Of a DNA stretch of 64,000 nucleotides, positions 57,662 through 64,000 are shown piece after piece. Below the pieces are notes generated by a model. That model ran no database searches. It had not been told where the DNA came from and worked only from the letters and a program-made list of their open reading frames with translations. How positions within the stretch are numbered: position 1 is the first letter of the stretch; each line of letters starts with the position of its first letter. The stretch covers positions 64,001 through 128,000 of IMG/VR virus record IMGVR_UViG_3300021138_000002. One strand, 5' to 3'. This DNA is from a virus. Both the position numbers and the translations under genes were made by a program.

Positions 57662-58044
57662 GAGCTCGAGAATTTGTTACCGAAGGTCAACAAACACGTC
57701 TGCCGGCCTATACTAGAGATCCGCTGGAGCATGCTTATTTTTTACCAGGCATCCGTAACAACGACAGTTATCGTACCTACAGATTGGGCGCGGCCATAGC
57801 TCGAGCTCGGGCTGAAAAAGATGGCGGTGCTGATAATTTTCCAGAATGGCACCCTGAAAGTGCTTTTGGCGAAAATTCGGTAGTAATAGGTCCTGAAGTA
57901 GATGTCAAAGATATTGTGACCCGTGCATTAGAAATGACCGGATATGGTGGAGGCCTGGCCAGTGTGGGAAGCCACAAGAGCCACGAACCCGAAAGCGTAA
58001 ATCAAACCAGTCCTATGCGACCATTCAAAGGATATGCAAGATAA
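57658..58044 (+). CDS. MRAREF-family paralog 3
   Basis: Same motifs; ATGA overlap with paralog 2. Confidence 0.7.
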   Translation: MRAREFVTEGQQTRLPAYTRDPLEHAYFLPGIRNNDSYRTYRLGAAIARARAEKDGGADNFPEWHPESAFGENSVVIGPEVDVKDIVTRALEMTGYGGGLASVGSHKSHEPESVNQTSPMRPFKGYAR

Positions 58045-58931
58045 TGTGTGTGATCATAGCCCGACATTTTGATACTCACGGCTGGGTGGCGGTGAAAAAT
58101 CGCGACCGCAACTACACACCCGAAATATCATTCAATCGTTATCATGATAAAGATACCGGCATAGAACGCCTGTTGTTTGAAGACGATGTCACACAGTACT
58201 CGGAAGGTATCAACAGTCAAGGTGTAGCCATACTGTCGGCCAGCCTCATGGTACAAGATGACGAAAAAGAAGTGACCAAAAGTGCCAAAGAAAAAAGCCC
58301 CGACGGCGAACGCATACGCAGAGCCTTGCTCAAGGCCACAGCATTTGATGCTGCCCGTGAGTGTGCTCGATTGGGACTGACCGGCAACAGCGTTATACTA
58401 GATCGAAAAGAACTGTATCTGTTGGAAAGTTGTAAAAATCGTGCCGGACGCTATCGTTATGATTTGAGGAAAATACCCACCGACCAAACCGTGGCCCGTA
58501 CCAATCATGGCATATGGTTGCCCTGGGCCGGTTATCAACGTGGCATCGATGAAAGCCAAGATCTCAGCCGTATCAGCAGTGAAGCACGCCGGGTGCAGGC
58601 CGAAATCGTAGTGGAAACTGCACGCACACCTGAAGACATGATCGATGGCCTGTGCAAGATCATGGTGGACAATCCGCAATTGAACGTGATGCGTACCAGT
58701 ACTGAGCGTAAAAAAATGCGTACCACAGCACAAGAAATGGTGATACCTTGGGAAAATACCCTGTTTGTGCGACCGGTAGCCAGCCACATGACTTTTGATT
58801 TTTGGAAACTAAACCAGGCCGACGCCGACACCTGGGTAGAGATACTAAGCAATAGAGCCTTGTACAAAGATATAAGACCCGAGCAGGAACCTCCGTTTGC
58901 TGAGGTAAATACCACTCACAAAGTGGAATAA
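58044..58931 (+). CDS. N-terminal nucleophile (Ntn) hydrolase, C45/NRDE-like
   Basis: Cys2 (MCVII), KNRD, EGINSQGVAI and RTNHG. Confidence 0.7.
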   Translation: MCVIIARHFDTHGWVAVKNRDRNYTPEISFNRYHDKDTGIERLLFEDDVTQYSEGINSQGVAILSASLMVQDDEKEVTKSAKEKSPDGERIRRALLKATAFDAARECARLGLTGNSVILDRKELYLLESCKNRAGRYRYDLRKIPTDQTVARTNHGIWLPWAGYQRGIDESQDLSRISSEARRVQAEIVVETARTPEDMIDGLCKIMVDNPQLNVMRTSTERKKMRTTAQEMVIPWENTLFVRPVASHMTFDFWKLNQADADTWVEILSNRALYKDIRPEQEPPFAEVNTTHKVE

Positions 58932-58947
58932 CAAAAAAGGACCAACC

Positions 58948-59661
58948 ATGAAAAAAATTATCGTATTAGCCGCACTGCTGTTTGCATCAGTTGCAGCACA
59001 GGCACAAATCAATGCCCAGTGCCCACAGTTTACTGTGAACGGCACACCACAATATCAAGCTCACCCAGGTGATCAAGAACTTTGTAAAACCAACTATGCT
59101 GTGATACATCGTTGTGATGTCAAGGCACCTGTGGCCGTATTTGAACACCTGACTGTGGCCGCTATGTCAGGTCCGGCCAAACGCAAAGACAACTTCAGAC
59201 CCGATCCCGGTGTGGCTGCACAGTGCCAGGCACAGTTGGCCGACTATGCCACGGCCGGCAACATCTACGATCGCGGACACATGGCTCCAGCTGGCAACAA
59301 CACACAGAACGATGCCATCATGAGCGAAAGTTTTTTCCTGTCAAACATGGTACCACAAGTGGCCAACAACAACAGAGGTATCTGGAAACAGTTGGAAACT
59401 TGGGAACGTGATTGGGCCAGCAAGGGCGGCGATTTTTATATCATTTCGGGCGGCATTTACAACCCTGGACACAAAACCATCGGTAACGGTGTAGGAGTTC
59501 CTGATGCACTCTACAAGATCATCATCAACAAACAGTCTGGACAAGTGATGGCCTATATGATGCCTAATACTGCACTGCCAGTAGCAGATTTGCCCAAGTA
59601 TCAAACCACTATGACTGCTGTAGAACAAGCCACCGGCATGCGTTTTAATTTAGGCAAGTAA
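58948..59661 (+). CDS. DNA/RNA non-specific endonuclease (NucA/EndoG family) with Sec signal peptide
   Basis: MKKIIVLAALLFASVAAQA signal; YDRGHMAPA, ESFFLSNMVPQ..NNRGIWKQLE. Confidence 0.92.
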   Translation: MKKIIVLAALLFASVAAQAQINAQCPQFTVNGTPQYQAHPGDQELCKTNYAVIHRCDVKAPVAVFEHLTVAAMSGPAKRKDNFRPDPGVAAQCQAQLADYATAGNIYDRGHMAPAGNNTQNDAIMSESFFLSNMVPQVANNNRGIWKQLETWERDWASKGGDFYIISGGIYNPGHKTIGNGVGVPDALYKIIINKQSGQVMAYMMPNTALPVADLPKYQTTMTAVEQATGMRFNLGK

Positions 59662-59684
59662 TACCTGTAGTCATAAATTACAGT

Positions 59685-60830
59685 ATGAATAAAACCTATT
59701 GTGCGGCCCCCTGGCGGGGCTTGCACATCAACCCACGTGGAGATGTCAAAACTTGCTGTGCTGGCAACCCTAACATGCTGGGCAATCTCAACAATCTGAC
59801 CATTGAACAAATCTTGAATGGACCTGTGTTGCGTGAAATACAGGACACTGTGCGTCTGGGTCAATTACATGATCAATATTGTAAAAACTGTATCAATAGA
59901 GAAACCGCTGGCGGCGATAGCGAACGAGTTTGGCACAACACAGTCAATGACAATTTCGCTATTGAGTCTGCTGGAGATTTTGAATTTCCTTCTATCATAG
60001 ACATACGTTGGAACACCACTTGCAATTTGAGTTGTAACTATTGCGATCCTAATGCCAGCTCAAAATGGGCCGGTATATTAAAGCAACCGGTAGTATCGGG
60101 CACTCGACACTACTATGAACAGGTGTGCAACTACATCAAAAAACACTACAATCAAGTACAAGAAGTTGCCTTGGTTGGCGGCGAACCTTTGTTGTTGAAA
60201 GAAAATGAACGTTTGCTAGATGTGATTCCTGACGATTGCGTGGTCACTATTATTACCAACCTTGCCGCAGATTTGGAAAATAACGCTGTGTTCCAAAAAC
60301 TGGCCAAGCGATCCAGAGTAGGATGGAGTATCAGTTTTGAAAATGTTCAAGATCGATTTGAATATGTGCGTTATGGAGCCACATGGCAAAAGCTACTGCA
60401 CAATCTTGATCTAGTGCAGGATCTCATGCGTAATCAAGGACATTGGGGAGGCATACACGCGGTCTACAACTTGTTTACTGCCACAAGGTTGCGTGAAATC
60501 AAAAACTTTAGTCAAGAACGTGGACTAACAATTAAATGGCAAAGTTTACATCATCCGAGCCTGCTAGATCCACGATCATACGGATCAGAAATAGCCGAGT
60601 TGGCCGCAAATGAAATCAAACTCATGTATGAAACCTGTCAAGTTGACGCACTGGATCAACAGTTCTTTGACACAGCCTTGACACATTATCAAAATCAAAC
60701 CCAGACCAATCCAGCAACTCTGGAACAACTGGACCAATACATACAGAGATTGGAATCTGAATATCATCCTGATCAAGCCGGGCAATTTGCCGTGTGCTGG
60801 CCCGAACTAGAAAGTTTATTATGGCACTAG
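59685..60830 (+). CDS. radical SAM protein with N-terminal SPASM/twitch-like Cys cluster
   Basis: C..PW....I...G.V..CC...C..C; CNLSCNYC...SS.W; GGEPLL. Confidence 0.9.
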   Translation: MNKTYCAAPWRGLHINPRGDVKTCCAGNPNMLGNLNNLTIEQILNGPVLREIQDTVRLGQLHDQYCKNCINRETAGGDSERVWHNTVNDNFAIESAGDFEFPSIIDIRWNTTCNLSCNYCDPNASSKWAGILKQPVVSGTRHYYEQVCNYIKKHYNQVQEVALVGGEPLLLKENERLLDVIPDDCVVTIITNLAADLENNAVFQKLAKRSRVGWSISFENVQDRFEYVRYGATWQKLLHNLDLVQDLMRNQGHWGGIHAVYNLFTATRLREIKNFSQERGLTIKWQSLHHPSLLDPRSYGSEIAELAANEIKLMYETCQVDALDQQFFDTALTHYQNQTQTNPATLEQLDQYIQRLESEYHPDQAGQFAVCWPELESLLWH

Positions 60831-62386
60831 ACGAAAATACTCTGATCAAGGCTCCGTATCGGCGACAATCATTTACTGAACAACAGTTGACCGAGTTTGT
60901 GGCTTGTGCCGATCCGGTGACTGGTCCTGAATACTTCATGGATCATTTCTTTCATATACAGCACCCAACCAAGGGCAAAATGCTGTATCATCCTTTTGAC
61001 TATCAAAAACGCCTGATACATACCTATCACAACTATAGATTCAGCATCAGCATGATGCCCAGACAGACCGGTAAAAGTACCAGTGCTGCTGGATACCTGT
61101 TATGGATGGCCATGTTCCATCCAGACAGTACCATCCTGATCGCCGCGCACAAATATACTGGCTCACAAGAGATCATGCAACGTATCCGTTATGCCTACGA
61201 GCTGTGTCCGGATCATATTCGTGCCGGAGTGACCAGCTACAACAAAGGTAATCTGGATTTTGAAAACGGGTCAAGGATAGTATCGACCACCACAACTGAA
61301 AACACCGGCCGGGGTATGAGTATATCCTTGCTATACTGTGACGAGTTTGCGTTTGTGCGACCCACCATAGCCAAAGAATTCTGGACATCCATAAGCCCTA
61401 CCTTGGCCACTGGTGGTAAGGCTATTATCACAAGCACACCAAACAGCGACGAAGATCAGTTTGCATTATTGTGGAAAGGTGCCAACCGGTGTGAAGATGA
61501 GTATGGCAATCCCACAGAAATTGGCATCAACGGATTTAGAGCCTATCGTAGTTACTGGAACGAACATCCAGATAGAGATGAACGTTGGGCCTCAGAACAG
61601 CGAGCACAACTGGGCGATGATAGATTCCGTCGTGAAATGGGTTGCGAATTTATTTTAGCTGATGAATCTTTGATTGCTCCGGCCAAATTGATAGAACTAG
61701 TGGGAATTGAGCCAGTGAATAGAACAGGTCAAGTAAGATGGTTCCAAAATCCAAAGGCTGGAAGAATATATGTGGTGGCGCTTGATCCAAGCCTTGGAAC
61801 CGGAGGGGATAACGCTGCTATACAAATTTTTGAAGCTAATACCACTACACAAATTGGAGAATGGAAACATAATCGAACTACAATTCCAGAACAGGTTAAA
61901 ATTTTAGCAGATATATGTAAGTATATCAATTCTTTTGTAAATGCTCCAGAAAATATTTACTACAGTGTGGAAAACAACACCATTGGCGAGGCAGTTCTTA
62001 TCTCTATTGCACAATACGGTGAAGAAAACATACAAGGATACTTTCTTAGCGAAAGTGGAAAAAATAACGGAAGACGATATCGTAAAGGATTTAACACGAC
62101 GCCTAAAAGCAAGATCACAGCCTGCTCAAAATTAAAAACTCTTATTGAAACAAATAGAATGAAACTACGATCTTCGGCACTCATTGGCGAATTAAAAACT
62201 TTCGTAGCACACGGTGTATCTTATGCGGCCAAACCAGGAGAAAATGACGATTTAGTAATGGCGACTATTTTGGCAGTTTGTATGATGCAACTTTTACAAA
62301 ATTATCACACAGAGATGGATACGCAAATGAGAGATCACGGAGACATTGTGATCCCACCAATGCCGTTCATATCAACAATACGCTAA
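60821..62386 (+). CDS. gp17: terminase large subunit (T4 gp17-like)
   Basis: PRQTGKST Walker A, LLYCDEFAF Walker B, ITSTPN, ALDPS.G.GGD and DDLVMA. Confidence 0.95.
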   Translation: MALDENTLIKAPYRRQSFTEQQLTEFVACADPVTGPEYFMDHFFHIQHPTKGKMLYHPFDYQKRLIHTYHNYRFSISMMPRQTGKSTSAAGYLLWMAMFHPDSTILIAAHKYTGSQEIMQRIRYAYELCPDHIRAGVTSYNKGNLDFENGSRIVSTTTTENTGRGMSISLLYCDEFAFVRPTIAKEFWTSISPTLATGGKAIITSTPNSDEDQFALLWKGANRCEDEYGNPTEIGINGFRAYRSYWNEHPDRDERWASEQRAQLGDDRFRREMGCEFILADESLIAPAKLIELVGIEPVNRTGQVRWFQNPKAGRIYVVALDPSLGTGGDNAAIQIFEANTTTQIGEWKHNRTTIPEQVKILADICKYINSFVNAPENIYYSVENNTIGEAVLISIAQYGEENIQGYFLSESGKNNGRRYRKGFNTTPKSKITACSKLKTLIETNRMKLRSSALIGELKTFVAHGVSYAAKPGENDDLVMATILAVCMMQLLQNYHTEMDTQMRDHGDIVIPPMPFISTIR

Positions 62387-62396
62387 ATACAACACC

Positions 62397-64000
62397 ATGG
62401 CAAAAGAAACCACAGAAAAAAAACTTTACGATCTACTGGCAACTAGAGATTACGACAACTTCCAGGCCCTCGACAGCCGCACGGGAAAAACACCGGTCAA
62501 TCCAGAAACTGGTGCACAAGATGTTAGTCGAGCTGACATGTTTACCTTTGACTGGAGCTCCAGCCGTGGTAAAAACTACGGCACAGCAGTGATCCTGCTC
62601 ACACCCGAACACGACCTTGAATTGTACTTTGGCGATAATCTGGGCAAAACCATGGAAGACACTGAAGACAAAAACGAGTGGTTTGCGTTCATGGAACAGC
62701 TGAGACACTTTGCTACAAGAACAAACTTCAACGGATTTAGACCGTTAAATATCAATCAACTGAGACACAGCCTGCAAGGACAGGCTGCGATCAAAGAAGG
62801 CCTGTTTGAATCGTGGCAAGGACGTCGAAACATGAGCTGGAGTGCGGGTCCTACCGAAGCCAGACTCATGATCCGTCACAAACGCGATCTTGATGAGGCT
62901 GATGCACGCCATCTTTATATCGAAAGCCTGTTTATCGAAACGGTAGAAGGTGAGCGTTACAAGTTGCCATTTACTAAATTAGCTGGTGGTAGAGCCATGC
63001 TGGAACATGTACGCCAAGGTGGCAAGCCCTATGACATTCGCGGTCAACACATTGTAGACATAGTGGAAGAACTCAATGTACTGGGCCGATTTGAACGCGG
63101 TGTTGCCAGAGAAACAGTGTTGGAAGGAGATACAGCTCAGCTGGTGTCAGAAGCTGCAGAATATCGCAACACACTCAAGACCAGTCTCAAACGTCTTGGC
63201 ACCGGCCGTGGATATGCCGAATATTTTGAATCATGGAATCCCATAGACCTTACCGAACAGGATGTGGTAATTGAAAGTTTGAAACACATGTTTGTCAAAC
63301 AGACATTGGATGCAAGAATTGAGCAGGCCTTACCTGTGCTGGCTCGTATACAACAACAAGGAAACGCTATGAAAGAAGCCAACATATTTGAAGCCTGGGC
63401 CAATCGCCTGGTAGAAGGAACCTGGAGCACACCGGACACTCCAGAAGCTCAAAAGAAACTGTTAGATTTTATGAGTCGAGAACAACCGGTGGGCGCCGAT
63501 GCCACTGACGCCACCGAGCAACTGTATGATTTGTTGGGTGACGATGAGCTATTTGATCAGCTGGATGCACTGGCACAAGAAGATCCTAATGCTGACTGTC
63601 GTCAACTGGTACTTGATCGCATGCAAGAACTCGGCGACCATCCTGATGTGCGTGCTGTACTTGACCAATTAAACATTGATGCTGATGCCGAAATGAATCC
63701 GCCTGAGAGCTTGCCAGCTGACTTGGACAATCAAGAACAAGACATGGCCGAAGCAGGATACGCTAGCCGACACCCACGAACTGGCGGTATTGCCGGCGGT
63801 CGAGACGAGTGGGCTCAAATGGCTGGAGGCAAAAAACAAGGTGATACTTTGGCTGGAAGGAGAAAACCCGGACACGAAGTTGCCCATGGTCAAGCACTGG
63901 GGTGGAAAGATCACGATGAAAAAACCGAGCAAGGCAAACTCAAAGCTGCGTTAAAAGCCAAGATGGGTATAGCAGAAGATGCAGTCAACTCTTTACGCAG
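62397..64000 (+). CDS. large hypothetical protein, runs off the window end (absent from the ORF track)
   Basis: ATG after TAAATA at 62384 (MAKETTEKKLYDLL...); the same frame is open where checked at 63369 and 63660-64000. Confidence 0.7.
   Translation, partial: MAKETTEKKLYDLLATRDYDNFQALDSRTGKTPVNPETGAQDVSRADMFTFDWSSSRGKNYGTAVILLTPEHDLELYFGDNLGKTMEDTEDKNEWFAFMEQLRHFATRTNFNGFRPLNINQLRHSLQGQAAIKEGLFESWQGRRNMSWSAGPTEARLMIRHKRDLDEADARHLYIESLFIETVEGERYKLPFTKLAGGRAMLEHVRQGGKPYDIRGQHIVDIVEELNVLGRFERGVARETVLEGDTAQLVSEAAEYRNTLKTSLKRLGTGRGYAEYFESWNPIDLTEQDVVIESLKHMFVKQTLDARIEQALPVLARIQQQGNAMKEANIFEAWANRLVEGTWSTPDTPEAQKKLLDFMSREQPVGADATDATEQLYDLLGDDELFDQLDALAQEDPNADCRQLVLDRMQELGDHPDVRAVLDQLNIDADAEMNPPESLPADLDNQEQDMAEAGYASRHPRTGGIAGGRDEWAQMAGGKKQGDTLAGRRKPGHEVAHGQALGWKDHDEKTEQGKLKAALKAKMGIAEDAVNSLR

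Noticed and set aside
60821-62386. Intein or intron in the large terminase
   Set aside because: Normal length with contiguous motifs; no Cys...His-Asn intein boundaries seen.
1-64000. Stop-codon recoding or a diversity-generating retroelement
   Set aside because: Core genes are full length in the standard code and TAA, TAG and TGA all act as stops; no reverse transcriptase is present, and the duplicated blocks differ at synonymous sites and not specifically at adenines.

Overview
The whole window is the virion morphogenesis region of a large T4-like (myovirus-type) bacteriophage, read in the standard genetic code. Recognisable core genes: gp26-like baseplate/tail chaperone, a tape-measure-like protein with a lytic transglycosylase domain, portal (gp20), prohead protease (gp21), scaffold (gp22), major capsid (gp23), about 15 kb of repeat-rich fibre genes, tail terminator (gp15-like), neck proteins (gp14- and gp13-like), sheath (gp18), tube (gp19), head completion nuclease (gp4), and terminase subunits. 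Accessory genes are interspersed: glycosyltransferases, a TPR/FkbM/2OG-oxygenase fusion, three radical SAM enzymes, a NUDIX hydrolase, a dNMP kinase, an exported nuclease, an Ntn hydrolase, and HNH and GIY-YIG endonucleases. The main unexplained signals are: (1) a ~420-nt densely structured non-coding RNA candidate directly after a minimal GIY-YIG nuclease; (2) a repeated 'segment-FG / FDE adaptor / MAKLxSGT segment' gene pattern suggesting a daisy-chained fibre; (3) three genes after the capsid gene sharing an N-terminal Gly/Ile tag with unrelated cargo domains; (4) a cluster of proteins with capsid-targeting-like N-termini, including a MRAREF paralog triplet; (5) a -1 slippery site joining the gp26-like ORF to an overlapping ORF; and (6) a probable AUU start for the small terminase created by an endonuclease insertion. 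All calls come from motif recognition by eye; no database searches were run.
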